Assembly: GCF_052425735.1 (NCBI RefSeq)
Contig: NC_135759.1
Span: 21,452,001 to 21,516,000 of the forward strand
Direction of reading: 5' to 3'
Source: Oculina patagonica
Lineage: Eukaryota
DNA: 64,000 bases
Position 1 is the stretch's first letter. Every line of letters starts with the position of its first letter. The position numbers and the translations under genes are program-made. The notes beneath the pieces were generated by a model that saw nothing but the letters and a program-made list of their open reading frames with translations, had not been told where the DNA came from and ran no database searches. Below, piece by piece: positions 46,486 to 59,507 of the stretch.

Positions 46486-49400
46486 CATGTTTCGCGGCAG
46501 CAAAGTGCAGAGGAAGCCAACCCATCTTGTCAGCCAAATGGACGTTGGCACCATACTGAATTAAGATGGAGACAGTCCCAGCTTGGCCGTTATAGGCAGC
46601 TGCGTGGAGAGGGGTGCGATTTGCCATGTCCAAGGCTCCAACATCTGAACCATGCTCAAGGAGCCACTCTGTACACGCAGTGTTACCAACTGATGCTGTA
46701 AAATGCAAAGGCGTCTCTCCGTTTTTGTCTGGTAGATTAGTGGAAGCTCCATGTTCTGCAAGAAGCTCACAGATTACGGTTGTGGCACATTCAGGTATGT
46801 AATGAATGGGAGATCTTCCATACTGGTCAGTGACATTTACAGCGCTCCCATAATCCAGCAGCATTTTGATGACATACTCATCACAGGAACGACGTTCTAA
46901 AACGAGAAATAGAGGGGTCTTTCCAAGTTTGTTCTTAGCATGAACACTGCCTCCCTGCTGTAATAATAATTCAATCATGGAACGATGACCAAGCTCTGCT
47001 GCTAAAGCAAGGGGTGTTCGACCCAGCAAATCTGTAACTTCCATATCAATACCCTGTTCCAGCAACATCTTGGCCGCATTAGTACTGTTGTGACATACTG
47101 CCTCATGCAAGGCCGTCATCCCTCTATTATCCTTCAAGTTGGCATCAGAACCGTACTGAAGTAAAATCGCAGTAAGTTTACTGTTGTCAGTTGCAACAGC
47201 GTTGTGAAGGGGGGAATATGAAAAGACGTCTCTAGTTTTTGTTTCACATCCATATTCAAGAAGAAGTTCTGCTACTTGCTGCAAACTTCTCTTAGCAGCT
47301 ATTTGAAAAGGTGTTACAAGCATATTGTTTTTGGTATTTATATCAGCACCAAAACTAATAAGGAGCTTAACGATTTCCATCACACTAGGACACGTTGGGC
47401 ACCAAATAACACAAGAAAGAGCTGTGTTCCCTGAAAGTTTCCTTGCATTTACATCCACGCCCTTGTGTAGGAGAAAGCGAACTGAATCAAGGTCCCCACG
47501 ACCAGCTGCCAAAGTCAGTAGAGTGTCTCCGTATTCCATTTTGTCAAAATTGAGTACGTTTTCCTCATTAGCAAGTATTTCCAGAATATCAAAGAGGCCA
47601 TGGCTAGCAGCAAGACGACAAAGAGAATTACGTTCCTCATCAGAATTAAGAGCGTCAGGTACCCGTTTGATCAGGAGTTTAGCAACCTCACGTTGCTCCT
47701 CTGCAATGGCAAAGTGCAAGGGGGTCTCGACTTTACATCGGTCGAGTTTAGCATATTCATCTTCATCTTTGTCTTCTATGCTATCTTCACTCTCGCTGCT
47801 GTCATGATAAGAGCCTTGCCTGTGTTGTGATACTCTTGCTGCATCAGAACCATTGATGTCAGCTCCTCGGTCCAGAAGAAATGCCACTGTTGCACATTGC
47901 CCAGCCTTGATCGCTGCCATTAGAGGTGTTTGTCCACTACTACTGACTGCATCCACAGAAAAACCCCTGTCAAGAAGAAGTTGTAAAACATCTGTATGGC
48001 CTTCTGAAGCAGTAGATTCGAACAAATCTGCCTCAAGAAACTCGGAAGGTTCATCTGCATTTTCAAGCTGAGGGTTACATCCTCTGTCAATCAGAAGTTT
48101 AACGGCAGCAGCTTGACCGCCCTGAAAAGCATAATACAAAGGCGAGAAACCATATTCGTCACGTGAGTTGATACCAGCACCCTTGTTTAAAAGATAGTCG
48201 ACTGTGTCAGATTGGCCTTTTTCAGCAGCGACGTGTAACGGGGTTTTTCCGCTGCAGTCTCTGGCATGAATGTCAGCGCCTTTCTCAACAAGAAAACTAA
48301 CCAAATCCAGGCGAGTGGCCAAGTGGAGAACTGTTTCTTCGTTAAAATTTCTTGCTAATAAATTCGAGCCGTTTTGAACAAGAAATTTCGTTACTTCTGT
48401 ATGGTCTCCTTCACAAGCGTAATGTAGTGGGCGGCGATATAAAATATCGCCTACGTTTACATTTGCTTCATTCTTCAGTAAGAACTGAGTCGTTTCTAGG
48501 TGACCGTTGCGTGCAGCCAACATGAGTGGAGTAATATCATCAAGATAACTGGCTTTATTTGCATCGGCACCGTGCTCAAGGAGAAGATTGATAGTATTTG
48601 TGTGACCATTTTCAGCAGCCAGATGAATGGCTGATAACCGTTGGTGATCCGCTTTCGAAACATCAGCTCCAAGCTCTATTAAACGTCGCATATTTCTCGT
48701 TTTGCCACCCATAACAGCATGAAGAAATGGAGTGCAATCCTTGTCATCAGTCATCTCTAGAGAGGCTCCTCTTTCGACAAGAAATTCTACAGCGTCTTCT
48801 TCATTAAACCTGGCTGCTAACATCAGAGGGGTTTGTCTGTTTCTTGCCTGGTCCGACCACACTGCATTAACTTGCTCAGCCATATCAAGTAACCTACGGA
48901 GATGCTCAGTATGTCCCTTTCTTGCAGCCAAGTGTAAAAGCGATTGAGATTGAAAGTCCTTTGTAGCTTTCTCGACAAGATCGCTTATCTGCCTGTGATT
49001 TGCAGAGTCTTGCTGTCTTAAGGCAGCCATCATAGATTTGCCAGCCAAATGAGATGAATTATGACCAATCTTGACAGCCAAAGCTATGGCACTGTCAAGC
49101 TTGTCTGGACTGTGATTTAAGATTGCGCTGACTGTCTGGATGTCCCCATTAATGCAGGCTGATTGTAGACAGCTCAGACCACTTTCCTCGTCTGGTGTAG
49201 TTACTGCATTGAAGGCACAACTCTTCAAGGACAGCTGCAAAACAATAGATACACAGCCTGACTCGTCTTTGCAGTTGAAACGTATGGAATTATTTTGTAA
49301 AAAGTATTTGAAAAGATGACAACTTAGCCTAATTTTACAACTGGCTGTTCTTCATTGACAAATGTATTCTTAAGGTAAACAATAAGTTGCGTATATATTT

Positions 49401-51290
49401 GTAGAGGACACCCTCGCGGACTGATGTAATTATTCATGTATCGGCAGTAACACGATAAGTCCCCATGTTTTTGTGTAAGTTATGCTAGAACTGTGAGGAT
49501 GCACTCACTGATCAACAAAACATGCTTTGAATAACAAAAAGGCCTTAATTCATTTTCCAAGACGTAATCAAACCATAATCAATAGTTTTTACGTGATTCT
49601 CCTCCAGGTAACACTGTCAAACTGAACATTGTCGGCCCCACGTTTTCAAGTTTTAAGCCACTTCTTTCCCACTGATCCGTAGTCATAGCTCTTTTTAATA
49701 ATTTTCATGACAAATACAGCACGTTTTAGCAAGGCCAGGCAACTATTAGTGGATTAAGTAGTAAATCCTGATGGGTCTTCCCCTTTACAACATCACTAAA
49801 TAAAAAAAATCGGTCGCGATGCGTGCGTGTGGTGCTTGATAATTTCAAATTGCATTCTTCTTTTTTGTGAATTCATTTAGTACATTCAATTACCTTAAGG
49901 CTGCTATTTATTGCGGCAAATGATCTTTGCGATTTTTTACAAATTGCCAAATTTAGTAGCCGCAGTAATTTCTACTCGCGAAATTTACCCCGTTTTGCAG
50001 TTTAAGCAAGATCAAAAAACAAGATTAAAGAGCTCTTCGAGCCACGACTGAATATTTTGCCAAGTTTTAAAGTTTAGTTTTCATTCCTTGAAAATTTATG
50101 AGCAGCAGGTGATTCAAACAGTTTCTTTGATGCACATGATAACAGATAAACAGCGGAATGTCATTACATTGATATAAGAAATTTTCGCCTCGCATCATTA
50201 AGTTTGTTTGAGTTGTACACTCGGGTAGGCTTCTGACTGGGAAACGAGAGGTCGCTATAGGTCTCGAGTTCCAATCCCAGAGGAAAAAATGTTTTTTCTT
50301 TTGTATTTCTTTTTTAACCAGTAGCACTAAATTGGTTTGTTTATTATATCGCTCCGTAGGTATGCATTGCAGGATAATTTACATATATCAGAACATATAG
50401 CCATATAGACTGATTCAAGCACAAATGTATTAAATTGTGCTGTTTTATCTGAAAAGCTCTTCCTTTTGTTCCACAAGCAGCCACGCACTCGATTTTAGCC
50501 AACGCTCTGGTTTCTAGATAAATCCATCGTTAGTGAAGCTTACCTTGTGAAACCCGATTTAGTTTTCGAATATTCCTACATGTACGACGCTAGCTCGACA
50601 GATACGAAAGAGATCGATCATTACATCGCTTTTTGCGGCACTCAGTAATACTGGCTTGCGTAAGCGTAAAAGCTCCTCTTGAATTGATGTGCAACCTGCA
50701 CAGACTTCCAGCCAAACGAAATGTTGGCTAGGATGACTTCGTGAGCTGCTGTAATGACGAGCAACTACAGGAACAGCTGAAATCAATACAGTACAAAAAG
50801 AAACACGCCAAAATCCAATATGGCCGATTTCTCGACACGCACTCATCCTCAGGCTCCGGCCTCAGGCTCTTTCGCAGAAGACCACGTGACACAAGCAAAC
50901 ACACACACAAATAAATAAATAAATCCCTCAGTCGATGCCAATGTGGGGCAGCCCCCACAAAAAACAAGCACTTGTCAGAAAAATACACCATTGCCCTCTG
51001 AGTTGGAACTCTGACCTCTTAAGGTTTTATTACTGTATACTCTAATTGGCCCATTATTGCGCGACCTCAGCCCATTTGAAAATGACATTTTATGCCCTAG
51101 TAGGTCTATTGATCAAGGTAATTTGTGTTCCGATGCTACCAAACCACTACAAACAGAGATAACATATTGAAAAGACTCTATCGAACTACTGGTCACAGTT
51201 ATTTTATCACACGCGATTCTATCCGTATTTTCTCTATACAAAATGCATTTTCTTCAAATAATTTGCTCGATGATGAATCAGATGACTTTT

Positions 51291-54200
51291 TCAATTGAGT
51301 TTTTTATGTTCAAAAGCGCCTTTAATGACGTTTTTAAGGCACTGTTCAACATCCTTGTGACGAAACAATTTAGCACAACCAGCCGGTGTAAGGCCTTCCT
51401 TGTTGACGGAATACACATCTGCTCCATCTTAGAGCAACAGGCGAACTACGTCAATGTGACCAGAGCCTGCAGACACGTGCAGCGGTGTGTTTCCACTAGA
51501 ATCAAGCGCATTGACATCACTTCCTGCATCATTCAAGACACGCACAATTTCCGTCTTGCCAAATGCAGCAGCTGTGTGAAGAGCAATGCTGTCTTCAGAA
51601 TCCCTTGCAGTCACATTAGCTCCATGTTCAAGAAACAAAGACACCATGTCCACATCACTGAAAGCTGAAGCCAGGTGTAGAGGAGTGCTTCCTTCATTAT
51701 CTTTACTCTCCACGTTTGCACCGCGTTCGAGAAGCAGTCGAGCACTGTGTTTGTTATCGAAAATTGCGCAGATGTGTAGGGGAGTACAACCTTTCGTGTC
51801 TCTAGCCTCGAGATTGCTGCAAAGAAAAACATAACATAAATCGCATGAGGCGCGATGGCCTAAAGGTTACTACCCTGGCCCGGGTTTTTCGGAAGCCCAG
51901 TAAAATAACCCACGATTAGCAGTTATTCCGCGATTGAATTTGTTATTCCAGGGATAACTTATCTCGGAATAACAGGGTTTTCCTGATCCCTCAATTAACT
52001 ATCCTCCGATTAACTCGGATTAAGCCGGTCAAACCGGTCACTGGTGGGAAAAAACGGCGGAGCGCCAGGGGAGGGAAGGGATAAGAAAATGATAGCTCCT
52101 ACAAAATACGAAATTCAACTTGTTGTAGAAACAAAAGGAACGAAAACTAAGGGAGCGTAATTTTTTCCTAACGAAATTTTCAGCGTTTGTGTATCTGTCA
52201 GAAGTTTGTGTGGTTAGAACTTCAAAAAAGGGCGGGAAAAACGGACGCGGGATCCCACGTTCTCGAGAGAAAAGTAAAATATGTTATGGAAAAGTCGTCT
52301 CCCTTGACTATCCTCATCGGACCCAGCATTAAAGCAAACTAACCAAACAGTAAGTCAGCCATTTTGTTCGAATTTTGTTTTGTAGTGAACTTTCCCCTCG
52401 ATTACTGAGTTAATCCACCTCGCTAGGTGTGTAAAATTTTAACCCTTAGCTTATCCCTTGGATAGTACTTATCGATCTTTGAGGAACACAATCAAATCGA
52501 TGGATAAATTTATTCTGTGAATTACAACGTCTTAATCGTTGATTAGCGCTAATCGTCTTTTGAACAACCGGGTGCTGTATTCTGGATCGACAGGTGCGGG
52601 TTTGAGCAATAACTGCGGTAATGCTAAATCTTAGGAAGGACACTGCATTCTTTCAGTACACTCTTTTTCTATAAGAACTATTTTTATAAGAACGTTGAGG
52701 CTGAGATTTTCCCTAAAATTTAAGAAAGTGTATGGGCTAAAATAAGAGCATCCTCAGGTTCTGCCAAAATTTACGCGTTCTTTTAAAAAAAGAGTGTACC
52801 TCTCCACCCTGTAAATGTACAAATGGATACCGGCGAAATATTGGAGCAACCTGACGAAACTCTGGGGGAGAACCGGCGACGGAATAGCATTCCATTCGGA
52901 TGGTAGGAGCAATATTTCCTAGTCGCTTCATACTATAGAAACCACAGTAAAGCTCCGGCACCGATGAGCCACTGGCTTTTTCGATCACTAGATTAGAACG
53001 GACTTTACCTATTTCAAAACTGGCAAATTACGAGCTTTCGGTTTGAAACATTTTTTAGGAAGGCAGACACGTTTTATAAAGTCTTTAACAAGAAAAACCG
53101 ACTAGGATCGCATTTAATGCCTCCTACAATTAGTGTTCACCAGGTAACCTCTCGACCTGTAACTAACTGTAACCGGGGGTGAGGCATAATTTACGACAAA
53201 ACCGAAGCTAATCTTACCTTCCGTGAAAAATCACAAGTGCGACGGCTTCTATCATCCCTGAGAAGCAGCCTACATGTAGAGGAGTACTGCCTTTATAATC
53301 AACAGCTTCAAGATCACTGCCATGAATCAACAGAGCCTTCACTAGCCACCACTCTCCGTTTGAGTACAAAGCGAGATGAAGAGGCGTACTACCAAGCTCA
53401 TCAACAGCATTAACTTGTCCTCCGTGTAGAATGACATTTTCCAAACTTTCCTTGTCACCAAAACAACTCGCCATGTGTAGGCACGTTCTTCCCTTGATAT
53501 TAGTTGAATGGACATCGCTTCCTTCCTTAATTAGTAGCTCAGCATTCTCAACTTTACCTTGTGCAACGGCTATGTGAAGGGGCGTATTTCCCTGCTTATC
53601 TCGACTGTGAATATTGCACCCAGCTATCACCAGGGCCCTTATCACACTTGTCGAAAATTGGGAAAAGGAAGCAGCAACATGATGAAGAGGAGTGCAACCA
53701 CGTACGTTGACTGCATTAACATCTCCGCCATTTCTTATAATTAATTTCACAAGACTGCTTGGACCCTGTCGGACAGCTAAATGAAGGGCTGTATTGCCAT
53801 CTTTATCTGCTACTTGCACGCTGCTTCCACGTTCTAATAAAACCCTCAATCCTTCCAAACTGTTCTCAGCGGCAATGCCAACTAACAACGGTGTCTGACC
53901 TCTGTTGTTAAGAGCAGACATGTCCGCTCCTCTATCAACAAGCCGTTCGATCATCTCTGGATTTCCACGTGCTGCTGCCCTGTGTAAAGGCGTGTTCCCA
54001 TTCTTGTCTCTTGTCTCGAGCTCCAATCCTTCATTCAAGAGATTGTCCAAAGTGGATAAGGCATTAGATGCGGCAGCAAATTAAGAGTTGTTCGACCAGT
54101 TAACCCATCAATAGCGTGTTTCTCACCTCCATGCTCGAGGTACCGTTCAAGAAAGTCCCAGTTCCATTCGTACAAATGACATTCCACTGTCGGTGCAAGT

Positions 54201-57166
54201 ACTGTATGGCCACTTAAATCTCTTGCATTAACGTCGCTCCCTTGGCGAATCAGAAAATCAACCAAACGTTCACTCCCACTCATTGCTGCCTGATCAAGGG
54301 CAAGTTTATTTTTTGCAGCCAGATGTAGGGCACTTCTTCCTCTTTTGTCGATAGCTGTTATGTCACTCCCATATCCAATCAAAATCTCGGCAGCCTCAAC
54401 ACTACAGTTTGAAGCTGCAGCAAAATGCAGAGGAACCCATCCTATGTTGTCAGCCAAGTTAACATTAGCACCACGATGGATTAACATCTCAACCGTCTCT
54501 GCGTGGCCTCCATAGGCAGCTGCATGGAGAGGAGTGCGATTTGCAATGTCCAAGGCTCCCACATCCGCACCATGCTCAAGGAGCCACTGTATGCAAGCAG
54601 TGTTACCAACTGATGCTGCAAAATGCAAAGGCGTCTCTCCGTTTTCGTCTGAACGATTAGTACAAGCTCCATACTCTAGAAGAAGCTCGCAGAGCTCCAC
54701 AGTGGCATCTTCAGGTATATAGTGAATGGGGGATCTTCCATACTGATCCGTGACATTTACAGAGCTCCCATGATCCAGCAGCAGTTTCACGTCATGCACT
54801 CGACAGAGACAACTTTCTATAGCAAGGAAAAGAGGGGTCTTTCCGAGTTTATTTGTTGCATGAACATTACCTCCCTGCTGTAATAATAATTCAATCATGG
54901 GACGATTACCAAAGTCTGCTGCTAGAGCAAGGGGTGTTCGACCCACCACATCTATGGCTTCCATGTCAACACCATGTTCCAGCAACACCTTGGCTGCGTT
55001 GGTACTGTTGAACCAAGCAGCTATATGTAAGGCCGTCCTACCATCAGTTTCTTCCTTCATATTGGCAATTACACCATACTGAAGTAACAACTTAGTAAGT
55101 TTACCACTGTCACATTCAGCAGCGTCGTGAAGGGGTGAACGCGAAAAGATGTCTTTTATTTTTGTTTCACAACCAAATTCAAGAAGAAGCTCGGCTACTT
55201 GCTCCCAGCCCGCCTTAGCAGCTATTTGAAGAGGCGCCTCATGTCTGTCATTTTTGGTGTCAACATCAGCACCAGATGCAACAAGGAGCTTAACGATTTC
55301 AATCAAACTAGGACACGTTGTGCACTGAAGAACACAAGAAAGAGCTGTGTTCCCTGAAATATTCCTTGCATTTACATCCACGCCCTTGTGTAGGAGAAAG
55401 CGAACTGAATCAAGGTCCCCACGACTAGCTGCTAAAGTCAGTAGAGTTTCTCCGTTTTCCATTTTGTCAAAACTGAGTACGTTTTCCTCATTAGCAAGTA
55501 ATTCCAGAATATCAAAGAGGCCATGGCTAGTAGCTAGACGCCCAAGGGAATTCCGTTCATCATCAGAATTAAGGGCATCAGCCCCCCGCTTGATTAGAAG
55601 TTTAGCAACCTCGCGTTGCTCCGCTGCAATGGCACAGTACAAGGGGGTCTCGACTTCACCTTGGTCGAGTATCATACACTCATCTTCATCTTCGTCTTCC
55701 ACGTTATCTTCACTCTCGCTGCTGTCATGATACGAACCCCGCCTGTGTTCTGCATTTGATACTCTTGCTGCATCAGAACCATTGATGTTAGCTCCTCGGT
55801 CCAGAAGAAATGCTACTGTGGCACATTGCCCAGCCTTGATTGCTGCCATTAGAGGTGTTTGTCCACTACTACTACTGACTGCATCCACAGGAGATCCTCT
55901 GTCAAGAAGAAGCTGTAAAACATCTGTAAAGCCTTTTAAAGCAGTCGATTCTAACAACTCTGCCTCAAGAAACTCGAAAGGATCGTCTGCATTTTGAAGC
56001 TGAGGGTCACATCCTCTGTCAATCAGAAGTTTAGCGGCAGCAGCTTGACCACCCTCAAAAGCATAATACAAAGGCGAGAAACCACATTCGTCACGTGTGT
56101 TGATACCAGCACCCTTGTTTAAAAGATAGTCGACTGTGTCAAATTGGCCTTTTTCAGCAGCGACGTGTAACGGGGTTTTTCCGATGTAGTCTCTGGCATG
56201 AATGTTAGCGCCTTTCTCAACCAGAAAACTGACCAGATCCAGGCGAGTGGCCAAGTGGAGAACTGTTTCTTCGTCACAAGTTCTTGCTAAAAAATTCGAA
56301 CCTTTATGAACAAGAAATTTTGCTACTTCTGTATGGTCTCCTTCACAAGCATAATGTAGTGGAAGGCGATTCTTATTATCGCTTGCGTTAACATTTGTTT
56401 CATACTTCAGTAAGAACTGAATCGATTCCAGGTGACCGTTGCGTGCAGCCAACATTAGTGGAGTAACAGAGTCAAAATAATTGCCCTCATTCGCATCGGC
56501 ACCGTGCTCTAGGAGGAGATTGCTAGCATCTATGAGACCGTTTTCGGCAGCCAGGTGAACGGCTGAAAACCGTTCGTAATTCTCTTTCAAAACATCAGCT
56601 CCAAGCTCTATTAATTGTAGCATATTTCCCGTTTTGCCACCCATTACAGCATGAAGAAACGGAGTGCAATCCTCGTTATCAGGCACCTCTAGAGAGGCAC
56701 CTCTTTCGACAAGAAATTCAACAGCTTCTTCTTCATTAAACCTGGCTGCTAACATCAGAGGGGTTTGCTTGTTTTCTGACTGGTCTGACCACACTGCATT
56801 AACTTCCTCACCCATATCAAGTAACCTACGGAGATGCTCAGAATGTCCTTTTCTTGCAGCCAAGTGTAACAGCGATTGAGATTGAAAGTCCTTTGTAACT
56901 TTTTCGACAAGATCGCTTATCTGCCTGTGATTTGCAGAGTCTTGCTGTCTTAAGGTAGCCATTGTAGATTTGCCAGCAAAATGAGATGAGTTGTGACCAA
57001 TCTTGACAGTCAAAGCTATGGCACTGTCTAGCTTGTCTGGACTGTAATTTAAGATTGCGCTGACTGTCTCGGTGTCTCCATTAATGCAGGCTGATTGTAG
57101 ATAGCTCAGACCACTATCCTCGTCTGGTGTAGTTACTGCGTTAAAGGCAAAACTCTTCAAGGACAG
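51291..57166 (-). pseudogene. Ankyrin-repeat cassette A, paralog of B, with frameshift and nonsense codon
   Basis: Giant exon 57166-53218 (3949 nt, 1 nt short of the required phase; CTT-AATTTGCT vs CTTCACTTTGCT in B at ~54080). Terminal exon 51816-51291 has an in-frame TAA at 51431-51429 where B reads on. Confidence 0.82.
51875..52573. mobile_element. TIR element inserted in the SINE within the last intron of cassette A
   Basis: GGCCCGGGTTTTTCGGAAG... / ...CTTTTGAACAACCGGG ends; SINE head resumes after it; absent at the homologous site in B. Confidence 0.6.
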
Positions 57167-58665
57167 CTAAAAAACAAGAGATCCACGGCCTAAATTGACT
57201 TTGCGGTAAAACATTGGCAAATCGTTTGATAAAAAGCATTTGAAAAGATAACAAATTGTTAGCGTAACTAGCTGATGCTCACTGACATGTATTCTATTCA
57301 TTTGTCTACAAAAACCGAGCTACTGCTCGCGTTGTGATTGGTTAATGCCTGTCATCTATTAAATATATATATATTGCTAGTCTGTCTTTTCACTTAATAG
57401 CAACTGGTCTTAGTTTTCTTACAATAGCAACAATTAAATGCCGGCAGAAACTGCCGCATTCTCGGTGAGTGATACGAGGACATCTGATATAATGTTGGGG
57501 GGGGGGGGGGGTTACCTTGTTTACCTGGGCTACATGTAGTAACCCATCCAGGGGGGACTTCATAACCCCTGTGGAAGAAGCAATTCATACACCTGCCTTA
57601 AGATTCTTGATCTGATCAGGATTACGAAGACAGATCTTTGCAAGGATCTTTCAAGATAGTCAAGGATTCGGTGATAATTTTACCACTATCTAAAGACTAC
57701 CTGCATTAGCAGTGCATCTTCGAAAATACATGACAAGATCACATCAGCTGATATTCTAATAAAGGATGTGTCATAATGGTTGCTCTTGCAACATGAAAGT
57801 TACAAGATCAACGATTATGCAATATCCTTCATCTATATCCTGGATTATAAAGTGTTACATATCATAATTTTTAGTTGGAGTGAAAATCCTTTCAACAAAG
57901 CATCAAGTTAAAAAAGCTGTTACCCCCTGAGTAACGACACTATATTAAAAAAAGATACATTTTAAGAATATGATCTACATTTGATAACTTAAATCAAAGT
58001 AGTTATATATTTTCCTCCCCCTCCAAATTTCTACATTCAATAATCTAGGAATAGTTGACACTACAGCTGCCCCCTTAGTTCATTTAATCTTTTTTTCAGC
58101 GCATCTGTTTCTACAGTTGGTTCTCTAGCTCAATATTTTGGCTTCTCTACTTGCTCATTTGGTTAAAAATTGGTTTTCTCATTGATGGCTCGTATTTCTA
58201 AAATAATTATTCTTATGAATGTTCAAGTAAAAACACAAAACAAAACGTAATTATGCAAAAATTCTGAAAGATAAATGATCAGGTAATTTTATTTACAAGA
58301 TCGAAGCCGCAACATCATTTGGTCCTGTTTTGCTGTAATGAGTGACTTCAGTGAGGATAAACTTTAGCAATACGTTTTTAAAGTACCACTTCTGCCCAAC
58401 TGTTTTCAAGATATTTGGGCTGGGGGCCCAAGCAATAGCAACCAACTTAACAGCTGAATTGAAAAGGATGCTGAAAGATTTTCTCACCTCTGTCAATGCG
58501 ATATATATACCAAGGAAACACCCTGTACTCTATACCTATGTGTAAATACTGTAAGGATGCCTCCTCAGGGGCTGAAACCACGCGGGGGGCAATACAAACT
58601 ATATTTAACCAAATTATTATTCACATGCTTTTAAGCATGTGAGCATTTTTCGAGCCTCCTTAAAA

Positions 58666-59507
58666 GGAGGCTCGATGTAGTTTTTTTAGCCGAAGGGTGG
58701 TTGTTTTGAAAATTAAAATTATTTAGTAAGCCAATGTTCGATTTCTGCCAAAATACACCATAATGATCAAATATGACCAATTTATTCGTCACTTAGTCAC
58801 AAAGATTACCATAGCAATGATTGACGTTTTCTTTTGTTTTCAAACAAGCTTGATTTTCTCGAAATCTAGATTGACTCTTGGTGTTTATTTTTTGATATGT
58901 TAAAGTTTAGTAAATTGACTAACTGTTGACGAAATTTTAGAAAAATCTGTAAGAGCGTTTTCAAGTAAATCAAGAATGAAATTTTCAGAAAAACACCGTT
59001 TTTATATAAAATAGGCGCTTTAAAATTGTTTCTTATTATTTGAGCACAGTTACTCTGACTCACTAAAATATAAATACTTACACCATCAAAGATCATTAAC
59101 TAAAAGCGAAAGAGTTTTTGCTTTAATTTGTTAAAATATATCGCCTGCCGATTGTAGGAAATTATAAGAAAATACTAAAAACTTCATTCTTGATTTACGC
59201 TAAAACGCTCTTACAGATTTTCCTAAAATTTTGTGTACAGGTAGTCAATCTACTATACTTAAACATATCAAAAATAAACGCCAAGAGTCAATCTAGATTT
59301 CGAGAAAATCAAGCTTGTTTGAGAACAAAAGAAAACGTCAATGGTTGCTATGGTAACCTTTGTGACTAAGTGACGGGTAAAAAAAATTAAATTTGGTCAT
59401 ATTTGATTATTATGGTGTATTTTGGCAGAAATCGAACATTGGCTTCCTAGATAATTTTAATTTTCAAAACAACCACCCTTCGGCTAAAAAAACTACATCG
59501 AGCCTCC
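58666..59507. mobile_element. Foldback-like element with ~320-bp inverted arms, TTAA-type target (Kolobok-like ends)
   Basis: GGAGGCTCGATGTAGTTTTTTTAGCCGAAGGGTGGTTGTTTTGAAAATT... is mirrored at 59507 and followed by TTAA. Confidence 0.88.

Larger units (their letters stand above)
41362..49234 (-). pseudogene. Ankyrin-repeat cassette B (~1472 aa when reconstructed), disrupted by a LINE insertion
   Basis: Giant exon 49234-42582 (TTTTGCAG acceptor, AAG|GTAAG donor) plus terminal exon 41857-41362. Dozens of G.TPLH.AA..G repeats. Removing 43751-46480 restores the frame (LHFAAAKHD-IAAAVML); no other lesion seen. Confidence 0.85.

Noticed and set aside
47325-47807. Plus-strand ORFs over the ankyrin exons (also 55347..55730, 41627..41875 and others)
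   Set aside because: Antisense shadows of coding sequence, duplicated only because the host is duplicated.
50544-50846. Coding first exon for ankyrin cassette B
   Set aside because: Has a good AAG|GTAAG donor, but TAA is in the needed frame five codons upstream and I see no homolog upstream of A; could still be a UTR or decayed exon.
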